From contig ADNK01000431.1 of assembly GCA_000320545.1 (NCBI GenBank), positions 1 to 64,000 of the forward strand: a DNA stretch of 64,000 nucleotides, given 5' to 3'. Origin of the DNA: Bigelowiella natans CCMP2755. Its lineage: Eukaryota > Protista > Cercozoa. Position 1 is the stretch's first letter, and the number at the start of each line of letters is the position of its first letter. Shown piece after piece: positions 1 to 11,934 of this stretch. The notes beneath the pieces are model-generated. The model saw only the letters and a list, made by a program, of their open reading frames with translations, was not told the origin of the DNA and did no database searches. Both the position numbers and the translations under genes were made by a program.

Positions 1-401
1 AAAAAAAAAAAGACGCTGGACCGATTGGACGAGGTAGTTCTTAATGCAACGAGATAGATGGGAGAGGAAGGAGGCTACGCCGCAGCAGGATATTTCTTCT
101 CCCCGAAAATATTGCCCAGAGCTGAGAATCGGAGGGGGATGGCCCTCCCCCTTATGGCGATATAGAAGTGGTTGTTGTCTCTCCAGATTCACTCAAAAAT
201 ATTTTTTCCCCCCTCCCCCCCCTCCCCCTGTAGATCACTCAGGACAGGGATACGTTGAGAGAAAACCACGCACTACCGATGATGACGATGATGATGACGA
301 TGATGATGATGGTGATGATGGTGATGATGATGATAGTAGTTTTAGTGATACTTGCTATGATGTTATCACGTTAGAAAGGAAGAAAATAAAATTTGTAAAT
401 T

Positions 402-453
<52 letters not shown>

Positions 454-764
454 TATATCGTCTCCATTCTCCCCCAACCCCCCTCCCTCCGTTGATATGT
501 TCGCAAACTTAGATGGTAGAGCTCGCAGAGGCAGAGAAACGTCTCGCGAAAGCAAGGGAATTGCAGGTAGTAGTAGTAGTAGTAGCTCAATGACCGTGCT
601 GCTGCTGCTGGAGTTGGTGGTGGTGGTGATGGTTTTGAAAAGGGGAGGGAGGAAGTACATCATCGTCGCATTTGAGCTGAATGTCTAAGTCCATTGTGTG
701 TGTGTGTGCAGAAATATCGTGGAGAATCACACTCAGCCGATCGAAATGAGGTGCGTGCTTATAA

Positions 765-804
<40 letters not shown>

Positions 805-902
805 TTATTTATTATATATTTAGCTGGAGAGCTTTAAACGTTTGGTCGCGGAGCTGAACCTGAAGTTGGCATGCAACCGAGCAAAAGTTGACCAGGTTAT
901 CG

Positions 903-936
<34 letters not shown>

Positions 937-1144
937 GCCTGTGTAGTGATAATAATAATAATAAATACGAATTCGTTATTGCATGTTATGTAATGCATAT
1001 ATGTATGTTGTCCCCATCGTTGTTGTGTGATTCGAGATTGAACAAGTGCCTCGAGTATAGTCACATAAGAAATAGTAGTAGTAGTAGTAGTAGTAGTAGT
1101 TTCGAGGCTTTTGTGTGAATAAAGTGCTAATGTACGGTCGTTGG

Positions 1145-1187
<43 letters not shown>

Positions 1188-1298
1188 ATTCTTATATTCA
1201 CATCGGTTGGTTGATTCGCTCTGGTCTCTTCCTTCAGCTGGAGTTTGAAATCGGAAACTACAAAGTAAGAGCCAACACCTTGGATCTACCTCGCATAC

Positions 1299-1337
<39 letters not shown>

Positions 1338-2007
1338 TGTCCGCTAATGGGATGATCTCATGCTCAAGTTTTCTTGGGTTGTGTGCGGTGTCGTTCGAAG
1401 CATATTATCCTGTAACGTTGCTCTAATATAATGAACGTCTTCTCTCTTGCTTTCTCTTCCTCCTCCCCCCCCCACCCCCCTTACTCGTCCACGCAGGACC
1501 GAATCGCAAGCTACAAGCGTCGGTATGCCTCTGCCTCCTCCTTCTCGTCTCTCGAGGGCGGAGGGGAGGAGCTCGAGGAGGATCGGAATGAAGGCCACGG
1601 TGAACAACATCTTGGCGATGACGACTGTCCAGGAGGAAGAAGTCTAGGAGATCAAGCGGGAGGAGATAATCAGCATGAACATAAGGTCATTTTGTCGGGT
1701 GATTCACATGTCAGGGGGTGAAGAGAGAGAGAGAGAGTGGGGGAGCGGGAGGTTACTGCTGGAATAACCCACGTTTATGGCTTGTTTCTTGCTCGCTTGG
1801 CTCCTACTATGCGCTGCTGTTCTAATCGTCGTTGTTCGTTTCCTCCATCATCACCATCATCATCATCAGCAAGCATCCAAATCCGAAAGAAGGCGGTCTC
1901 GAGGACGGAAACGCTCGGTAGGCTTGAATTACTGTTGTTGTTGTTGTTGCAGACCTACGACGGCATTCGTATGGTTAGACACATATACCATCTTTGCCAA
2001 GTTCTGA
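1..2007 (+). CDS. 3' part of a multi-exon gene, coiled-coil/low-complexity hypothetical protein (5' end outside window)
   Basis: Short GT-AG-bounded exons between microsatellite introns, e.g. LESFKRLVAELNLKLACNRAKVDQ (~823-895), LEFEIGNYK (~1238-1264), DRIASYKRRYASASSFSSLEGG...QHEHK (~1497-1686). The last exon ends ...VWLDTYTIFAKF* at 2007. Confidence 0.5.
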
Positions 2008-2402
2008 ATAGGCTGCTGCTGCCGCTACTGTGTGTTTAGTCGTATGAACGAAGGGGAGAAGCACCCTCCCTTTCTACCCCCCCGAGAGGGGGCATGTACG
2101 CTGGTAAAAGGAACAAGCACTCGAGACGAAGCCTGACCCCTCATCATCATCAATCTAAGAAGAGGGGGGATAATACCAAGGAGGGGGAGGACCAATGGGC
2201 TCCTCATTCTTTCACTTCCAGGTAGCTAGCTAGGAGGAGGAGGAATCAGAGATTTGAAAATCCGGTTCCTCCCTCTCTCCCTCTCTCCCTCTTGAATGTT
2301 TGTGTGTGTATGCGTGTGTGCGTGTGTAAAAATAAAAATGTGCGATATATATGCTGTTTTCATGCGCCTGTGTGTAAACGTGTATATTTGAACAAAAAAA
2401 TT

Positions 2403-2445
<43 letters not shown>

Positions 2446-2540
2446 TTTCAACACAGACTCCTTCGTGAGAAGAAAAGCAATGCCTCAGGAGTAGCTCAGC
2501 TTGCATATTACCTGTACGGGCTCCAGTGATGAGGATGATG

Positions 2541-2575
<35 letters not shown>

Positions 2576-3206
2576 ATCTACAAACAAACAACGCTCTTTC
2601 TCATCTCTGAGAATCACTTGAAACCGAATTGTATTTCCACACACTTACATATACTCGCTCACACTGGACGATCCAGCTCTGTGCTTGTTGGTTGGTAGCT
2701 GTATGCCACCGTTATGCTTCATTACAAAGCTGTGGGATGAGGCCTTAGTTAACTGCTAGCCTCGCTCAAAGATAGTTACATGGGTCTGCTAACAAAGAAA
2801 ACACACTTCTGCACACCAGACGAGCATGCTTGCCATCTTGCACGTGCGTATGGGTGAATGCTTCTCTAGCCATCAATGCTAGAATGCCATGCTGATTGAC
2901 ATCTACAATCTGTTGCCAAAATGCATGCTGTCTAGCTGTCATGCAATAACTGATGCCTAGATCTAGAGATGCATGTATAGCATCTCATCTTTGGATCAAG
3001 AGCACATTACCACACGCATGTGCTCAGCAACAGCACGTACGTCTCGATCAACATGCTAGCATGTCTATTTGTGTCGTGTCACTGCACATCTAGACATGCA
3101 CGCATCTAGCTTGACGTACATCACTAGCTTGTGGCGTGTGTCTGTTGTTTGCCAAAAAATGCACATGCTGCTCTGGCTAGCTGGTGCTAGTATAGCTAGA
3201 GTAGCT

Positions 3207-3277
3207 ATGAGCTACATTATGAGACGGATGTTTTCTTGTATATGAGACGGACTAGCGGATGTATGAGCTACATTATA
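3207..3277 (-). mobile_element. Relic 3' tail of the LINE family (two copies of the terminal motif)
   Basis: TATGAGACGGATGT at 3218-3231 and an interrupted copy at 3241-3262. This motif follows the stop codon of the LINE ORF at 62256-62269. Confidence 0.6.
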
Positions 3278-3689
3278 GAACATCATTGTGCGCCTATACT
3301 ACAGTCTAGCTAGCTAGCTAGCTAGCTGTAGCTGGCGGCTATAGCAGTGCGCTAGAGTGGGCATATGGAATCAAATCTTGGGCTTGATATTATGAAGCAC
3401 TGTGCTCATGTGCTTGTGTGCATGATGCATACTGGCTCCATGGTCAAGCAAGTTTACTGTTGCATAGAAAGAATCTAGATATCCAAAGTGCTCGCTCTGC
3501 AAATCCAGGTCTGTTCAACAAACCCACATGACTGTCTGTCACATAAACAATTAGCTAGAAAATATCATTTATTTGTGTCATGTGAATGAATTGTTTGACG
3601 TGCGTGCGATGCTCAAAGTTGCATATGCTACACACATGCTTGCAGCGTTTAGTCCTTCTCCACTATTGGCCATTGCCACTTTTCCAACA

Positions 3690-4678
3690 CTATTCTGGAA
3701 GTACAGGCTCATACTTTTTCGAGGATCCACAAGAAGCACACGTTGTCGACACAGCACCACCAACCCCTCCTAGAAATGCTCCAGCTGCTACTGGAGCTAC
3801 AACAGCGATAGTGCTACTCCCTAGCCAGTATCCGAAAGGACCTGCAACAGCTGCACCGAGCATTCCGCCAACCATTACAGGCATCGCAAGCGCCGCAGTC
3901 GTGGTTTTAGAGTAGTCCGGTGTCTTCTGCGAATGTTCTGTATCATCTTGTGGTTGATAGTGATCTGTACTTTCCTGGGGTTCCTCTAAAATGACTCCCT
4001 CTGCCTCGAAGTCTTCATTCGTCTCGTGAAATTCCACGTCGGCTAAGGGGTGGACAACCCTGGAGGTTTTGTCATGTCTTCGAGAATTTGTCAGGCTGAT
4101 ATTGGTATAGCTCGTCTCGAGATCTTCCTTTGCTCTACGCCTTGAAGCTTCGAATTCGGCTTCATCCGATCTGGTGGTGTATGCGGCATTTGTCTTCTCC
4201 GGCTGCTGTTGTGATCCTGCAGTCTCCATTGCACCAGCAACCATGTATGCTTCATTTTCGTTTCTTAGCTTGTTTTCCTTTATTAGTGATACCCCGGGAT
4301 CTAGTTTCGAGGGAAATCGTGGTGGTTTGACTGGAGCTAAGAATTCTCCATCCTCAATTTCACTCACTGTGAAAACACGAGTGCTACCGCTGCCGCTTGG
4401 AGCGTTAAAGTTCAGACGCCAACGGAGGCCTGTGTCATCGACCACTACAAGTTCGTAAGGCATCATCGCTACCAATTTTTTCGTCTTTGGGGTCCAAATA
4501 TGGCCTGAATATGCGGGAAATAAAAATCAGGTTTTCGACTACCGGGACAGTGGAAGAGAAGAATAAGGAAAGTACCTTGAGGAATATGCGCTTTCTCGAG
4601 AAGAGAGCCCGTCTTTGTCCACAATTCTGCTCGCACAGGGGCGGATTCATCGTTCTGTATGCTTAGCTTAGAACCCAT
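3690..4678 (-). CDS. Hypothetical ~305-aa protein with N-myristoylation motif and C-terminal glycine-zipper-like hydrophobic segment
   Basis: Exon 4678-4576 (MGSKLS...HIPQ), GT-AG intron 4575-4505, and exon 4504-3690 in frame (GHIWTPKTKKLVAMMPYEL...VGGMLGAAVAGPFGYWLG...AAGAFLGGVGGAVS...PE*). Confidence 0.75.
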
Positions 4679-5001
4679 ACTTTTTTTCTTGCGCCTCCCT
4701 TCACTGTGGGTTCGTCACTATGTTCTTGGGTTTTGACACGGACGTGTACGGAGGGCAGGTGGAGGAAAGTGTCCTCAATTCACACCCTGCGACATAAAAT
4801 ATTGCCTTTTTCGGCTAGAATTCGCATTTTCGTTGAAAGCACGTGCTGCGTCAGTCAGAGAAGGGGATAGATTTCGAGGAGTGCGTCTTCAGAAAGGGCA
4901 TAGGGCTGGAGGGAAATGCCTTGCGTTCTCGCTAACGTCTAATTGTGGAACGTCCTTCGGAAAATTCCTGGAAAAGACTACCCTGGCTTCAATCTTCGAA
5001 A

Positions 5002-6450
5002 ATGGAAATCAATTAAGAAACTACGACAAAGGATATTGGAAAGAAAGAGGTAAGAGATCTCCTCTGAAAGAGGAGATCTCTGGGTTCCGATAATACGAGA
5101 TCTGGGCTCCGTTCGTGCCCGAGCAATGGCGTTCCATGACAGGAATTGGCTCTCGAAAAAAGAGGTTTGATAACTATACCGGCCTGCCTTTCTACATGAT
5201 TTGGTTGTCCTCCCTCTCACATGATTTCTTGGTTGGATAGATTCTGTCGCGTGGGATCACGGAGCAGCACGTTGCGAGCTACAGGTTGAATCAATACCGG
5301 AAAAGTCGCCGTGAAGACGTGGGTGCCATTGCTGGGAGACATCACGTTCAGAACGATCAGCTTAGATTTAAGCTTTGAGGAAGCCTGCGCTCTAAAAAGC
5401 GCATGCTCGAGATACAATTCGATGCAGCTGGAGCGAAGAAGGAGAGCCACAGCCGACAACAAAGATGGCGACGACGGAGGAACCCACGACGCGCGGAAAT
5501 TATTCCTCGAATCAAAGGTCTTAGTCTCCCTGGCGGAGAGGATTGACAAAGTTATCAGTGAGGGAAAGTTCGGCCAAAAAGCGTTCATGGCAAAGCTCGA
5601 CACAAGATCTCCAAAGGACGCTCTGACCTACAATTCCAACGTTATACGATATAGAAGACTCGTCGAAGGCGAGTTCGATTGCATATCCTCGCTGTATTTC
5701 TTGCTCAGCAGTTTCTCCAAAACCATGGAGGAGGCAATGACTAGGGAGATTACTCTTGGGTTCATTCGTGCTCAAAACAAGGCGCTGAAGCTGCGGTCAG
5801 GGAGTGATCTGGTACAGCTGTTCATCCGCTCATTTCGTATTCAAGAGGACCTTGGCACCTGCATGTGGTATGGAGAGGAGCACTTCGAGGCGCAGATAGT
5901 ATTGAGGGAGTGGGACGAATAGGCTTGCGCGCACCCTGAGGCGGAATTCAGATGTTTCGTGTACAAGGGCCATCTTACAGCCGCGACACAATATTTTTCG
6001 AGCTGCTACTTTCCAGAATTACATGCAAGGAGGGTAGAAACGGCGGAGAAGATCGCTTGCTTCTTCGAGAAGAAAGTAAAAGAAAAACTAGCCGACACTT
6101 ATGATAGCTACGTTATCGATTTTCTCGTGGACATGGGTAGTGCCTGGAACAAGGCCGCTCGGTCAACAACGGACGCAAAGAAGAAATGCGCGCAAGAACG
6201 AACTGAAGAGAGCATCAGGGTCATAGAGCTCAACACGTACGAATCGTACACGGGATCGGGACTCTTCTCGTGGCGACAAGATAGACAATTACTTATGCAA
6301 GGGCCGTATGAGCTCCGGGTGGTTGAGAAGCCCACGCGGGTGAAAGTCGAAGATGTCGTCGCTAAGAAATGGGTCCCTTTCGTTGAAAACTACGTGAGAA
6401 ATAGAAAAAATCTTGCTTTACAACAGTCGTTGATGTTCCTGATTGCCTAG
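5002..6450 (+). pseudogene. Cdc123/D123-like (R2K clade) ATP-grasp gene with disabling lesions
   Basis: Motifs KLDTRSPKDA, IVLREW, PEAEFRCFV...LTAATQY, YVIDF and VIELN...GSGLFSW. ORFs 5311-5922 and 5959-6450 share a frame, separated by one TAG (5920-5922). There is also an apparent +1 A at 5301-5304. The 5' exons and start are uncertain. Confidence 0.75.
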
Positions 6451-6653
6451 AGGAGCAACTCTGTTTCTTAAATTCGTGTACAGTGTTCCGCGCCACCCAT
6501 CCTAGCCTTGCATGCATGATCGCACGAAATGATTTATGAATGGTGTAATAATCGTGAACATGGAACGAGTGAACATGATTGATGATCAACCATGCACGCA
6601 ATCACAATAAAGCTCGTCACATATGTGCATCTACATGTATTGTCGTCATGATA

Positions 6654-6773
6654 GACATAGCAGCAGAAACCAAAAAAAATAATTTAAGCACTGTAGCCGC
6701 AACTTTGCACAGTTACAAACTAGGATGACAATTGAAAAAAACTAATGTAATAATTACATCCGTCTTTTATATG
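6654..6773 (+). mobile_element. Truncated LINE 3' end
   Basis: Translates as DIAAETKKNNLSTVAATLHSY-(frameshift)-RMTIEKN*, followed by ACATCCGTC. This matches the intact LINE C-terminus HIVAETNRCNISAVAAALHSYIRITIEKI* plus ACATCCGTC. Confidence 0.85.
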
Positions 6774-6979
6774 TTACATACGAGCTTGCCACATATCTAG
6801 AAAAGTGCATGCACGCGTCTGACATATGCAGGCTGCGCTAGCTGCGCCCCCCAGCAACAAAAGAGCATTCGCTATGAAATAAAGCGTTACACACATGTTC
6901 CATGTGTTAAAGTGCTTTGTGAATGGATTTTAACTTTTATACTTTTATGTTTATGTGTGCGGGCTGTATCAACATCGAC

Positions 6980-7018
<39 letters not shown>

Positions 7019-7040
7019 AGATAATATGTCGGCCTCGTAC

Positions 7041-7430
7041 CTAACCCTTGAAAGGGAACGCCTTGTTTATTACATCGTTAGCGCAGATGTTTTTCGGATC
7101 TAGCTCCCATCTCAAAGCATTAAATAGAGGCACCGGATAACGACGAGCAAGCCACTTTTGGTCTGCTTCTAGTGCCTGTTGTTAAAATATGAAAATCATC
7201 CTTATTTTCTCTCATTTTTGCATGCTTTCATCACACATCGTCGCTGCGTTTCTTCTTCTTCTTCTTCTTTTCCGAGTATTCATGTACTATCTGTGCGCCT
7301 TTACTTTCACCTTCGCATCGGTTTTTGCCGGCATCTCAATTTTGCCCCAGTGCGGGTATATGTCTGACTTCATCCTCCCGCCGACCTTGCGATTGTTTGA
7401 TGACAAATTTGAACGCACACACAAACACAT

Positions 7431-7466
<36 letters not shown>

Positions 7467-7620
7467 CCTAACTGCAATGGTTCTCAATTTTTATACCTCC
7501 CTCACCAACTTGATGTAGTCTTGAAAATGGCTTGTAATGCTACCAGGGGAGAAGAAGGAAGGAAGGAAGGAAGGGGGGATTAGAACGAGTAGCGCGTAAG
7601 CTTTTACAAGAGAAGTAGGG

Positions 7621-7655
<35 letters not shown>

Positions 7656-7909
7656 TGTGTGAAGCAAATCTAAATTTGAAAGGCATCGTAGTTATACTCT
7701 TAGAATCGTAAGTACTGGTTTTCATCCTGCATCATCATCCTGCATCATCATCCGCATCATTATCATCATTATCATCACCATTATCTTTATCATCATCATC
7801 ATCATCATCACCCGTTCCTCACAGTTGGATCCGACACCGGTAAGTACATTATCACACCAACCCTAGCGACGAAAATCAAATAGTGCAATCTCAGGAAGAT
7901 AATCCATAC

Positions 7910-7945
<36 letters not shown>

Positions 7946-8086
7946 GTATTCTCTCATTTTCCCTAGCCCCCCCCCGCACCAGCAGAAGACATCATCCATG
8001 TTTGCAGATGCTGCTGGGGACATCCGCGATTTCGATGCCTGCGTTACACAAGAGAAGAAAGAAGAGGGGGGGAGGGAGAGAGAGAA

Positions 8087-8143
<57 letters not shown>

Positions 8144-8196
8144 AGAAAGCGAGAAAGATCCGTGAGAGAAGACCCACGATGAGCACATCTACACTG

Positions 8197-8232
<36 letters not shown>

Positions 8233-8687
8233 CAAGTGTGCGAATGAAGGAAGAATTATACCAACCCGAGTCCAGCGCTGCTCAATGGGGCATGGCGCAG
8301 GAAGTTTTCGGCTCTCAATTTCGTCTAGAAGGTCGACCACAAACGCCACATCCTGGCTCTTTGCATCAACAGTGCGGTCATCCTGTATTGTCGTACGTTA
8401 CGCGTGTTACACACACACACACACACATACAATCACAAACATATAAGCACCAACACACACGACACACGCACACACGCAAACACACGCGCAACCACACGCA
8501 TGCAGTACTTCCATGCACGCACAGTAGCACCGACCTTCTGGACAGGTTTCAACGGATGCTCCAGAGTACCTGTAGGAAAGCACACCTACACAACAACAAA
8601 GCGCATTTGCACGTCAAAAAAACAAAAAAACAACAGCAATAAAACCAATAAATATAAATACAAATATTTCTCCGACTGCGTGCGCGC

Positions 8688-8730
<43 letters not shown>

Positions 8731-8913
8731 GTACCTCATACACTAACTGCTCGCCTCCACAGTCGAATTGGAGCATCTCTGAGGAATCTCCAACCACACG
8801 TCCTCCCGAGTTCTTCCAGAACTTTGCTTCCGCACTGTGTATCATTCCACGACAATCGAGCAGCATAACCGGGATTTGATGATGTTGTTGGCACACGCAC
8901 AGTCACACACAGA

Positions 8914-8953
<40 letters not shown>

Positions 8954-9134
8954 CATTAGATGTGTTGTATAATTATTTGTTAGCAAATATGTAGTAGGTT
9001 GATAGCGACCGATTAACGTTGATGATGTGGTTCGTGTCGAGGGCGTTGAACTTGAGCAGCCAATCACGGCATTCCGCGAAATTCAGAGAGCCTAAGCATG
9101 GCGATGCGATGACGATGCGGAGCACGATGAGTAC

Positions 9135-9167
<33 letters not shown>

Positions 9168-10859
9168 AACGAGAAGGAGGAGAAGCATAGTGATGACTAT
9201 GACATGTGGTGGATAATAATAATACACATAACGACGACGATACGAGCATTGACAAAAGCGATTTTGGAAAGGTTTGCTCTTGCCCGAACACTGTCTCCAT
9301 CTTCCTCCTCCTCCTCCTCCTCATCATCATCGTCATTATCATCATGATTGTCATCGATAACATCAGCAACATGAGAAGGTAGAGGAGGAGGAGGAGGAGG
9401 AGGAGGAGAGGGAGAAGAAGTGCTGCTATACGACCAACGAGGTCCACATCCAGTCCCAGCTTTTCACTAGTTTTTTCATCAATGCGTTTAATGCCTTTGA
9501 TAAGTGATAGATGAAGAGGAAAGAAAGGATGCTAACTGTCATGATTCTATTCAATGCTGTGGGAGGAGAGAGAGGAGAGAGAGAGAGAGAGAGAAAGAGA
9601 AAGAATATATTTTTTGTTTCCCATGATGACGATGATCGTCATCATTATCATCATCAAATCGTCATCAGTGCCACCTCTCAACCCCCCCCTCATGCATTTC
9701 CTCACTGTGTATCAGAAGGTCCCTAAGAGGAGCTACTCGACGGTCCTCTTCTTCCTCGCTGATCTCTTCCCCTGTTATAGGCAGAGCATTGTCATATCCG
9801 CACTTAACGATGAAAACGAGATGAAAAAAAAGGAACATTTTTTTTTAAAAACAAACTCTATCGACGGAAAACATGGGAGGATTTTGGTCCCAATGAACAG
9901 CCGAGCAGGCCAGAAAGCCGTCAGCGCTTTCGCTGCGATTTGTGCTTTTCGAGTGGAATTGCAGTGCTCTTGTGTTTGAGAGCTTGGCGAGAAAGTACAA
10001 GAAAAGTGGCCTTTGATTACTTGTACACCCACACACGCGCGCGCGCGCGCGTGATCTCGAGTGCTATGTGACAACACGTATACACACTTACCAATGAGTC
10101 CTTTTGGCTTCGATGTTGGGTTATTCGTTACTACCACCACCGTTTCTGAGAAATAATACATGATCACCATCCATCAATAAGGCATGGCGACGACAGCACC
10201 ATCGTCAGCAGGAACAACACATTCTTTCTACTGCTACTACTGCTACCTGTGTAGGGCAGCCACATGTATCTTATGTGCTTGTTGTTCTTGAGCCACTCTT
10301 TATGATTCTTAACGACATCCTGGCGTGATGCTGTAAACGTGTGCTCTTCTAGATCGTGCTGCTTCACGCATCTATGCAGTTGCAAACATATGTGTGTATG
10401 CATTAGTATGTTTATTTTATGTATAAACGTCAAAGCTAGAGGGCACCGATGAGGCTTCTTTTTGTCTCTACTACCGACGTAGTGCCGCACATCCTCAAAA
10501 CCCACAAAGCCAATTGAAATCTACCCCTCCTCCCCTCTGAACAAAGGAGATGGGAACAACGAATCCATGACGTAATATCGATGTCCCATGTCATCATCAT
10601 CATCATCACCACTATCATTATTATCTTCGTCATTGTCATCATCCTCGTTATCATCATCTACACATTATACTTACTGTAGCGTCACTTCAGCGACAACACC
10701 GAAAGCGCCGAGACCCACCTTGAGTGCATCTAACAACTAATTGGTCGATGGGAAACGAGGAGAGGAAGAGGGGGGCGGGGGGGGGAAAGAGGAAGATAAA
10801 AAGAAAATGTTAAATCGATTATATGGCAATGAAAGTATTGTGTGTATGTGTGTGCGTGC

Positions 10860-10918
<59 letters not shown>

Positions 10919-11901
10919 TGTACTTGAGGGGCAGAGTCGCGTGAGACGTCCAATACGCCTCTTCCGGGAGTCACGAGCTTCATCGCCACAACTATGGAAA
11001 GATTGCATGTTCTCACACAAACATTCGTGTGTACACAATCAAAGCACGTGTGTTTGTTTGATTTGTAAGGAGGGAGGAGGAGCTCTACTACCGGTGTCGT
11101 CTAAAGGTGGAATCGCAGCCCCCGTGCCATGCGCACCAGCCTGCACGAAACCTTAGCAGAAGAAAAGACGGGAGGAGGGAAGGGGGAGGAGGAGATCAAC
11201 ATAACCATGAGCAACGATTACCTGCTGTCTATCTGAGTGCATCCTTCCTCCCTGCTTTCTTGCTATTTACGCTGCTCCCAACTGCTACTATTACTATTTC
11301 CACTAACTACTGCTAGTGGTCGGGGGAGGAGGAAAAGGAGGAAGAGGAGGAGGAGGAGGAGGAGGAGGAGGAGGAGTACCTCCTATTTCTTGCTCCTTTA
11401 TAGACGCATAGTTCATGAGCGTCAGCCTGAGAGTAGGCGTGTGCGTGTGAGACAGAATTCATTACTTTTGGATAAATAACAGTACAACAACAACAAAGCT
11501 CTTTCCTTGTTCGTAGGGGACTTTGTTACCGTCTTCTGGTATTTCTTCTTCTTCTTCTTCATCATCATCTTCATTATTATCATGATCCTAATCCATACTC
11601 ACCCGTATGGCTTTAAGGCATCCACCAATTCGGAGACTCTCATTCCAGCTTGCACGCGCACCTGCCAACATATATGTTAATATTTGACTGATGTGTGTCT
11701 GTGTGCGTGTGTGCTCTGCTAATACTACTGTCATCTTCTTCTCGTTCCCTGCGCTGTTTTCGAGGAAATCTTCTTCTCATGGGAAACACCATCATCACCT
11801 GCATCTTTTCCTCATCCACAAACAATAAATTGTTCATCTTCGAGAGATTCACCATTCCTGTGGTGGTGACGATGGTAGTGTAATGGTTGGTTTGCGGTAT
11901 A

Positions 11902-11934
<33 letters not shown>

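Noticed and set aside
5920-5922. Stop-codon reassignment (UAG/UAA as sense)
   Set aside because: TAG and TAA end several well-supported genes here (7041, 29474, 34994, 36920, 46913, 50699), and the same locus has frameshift-like lesions.
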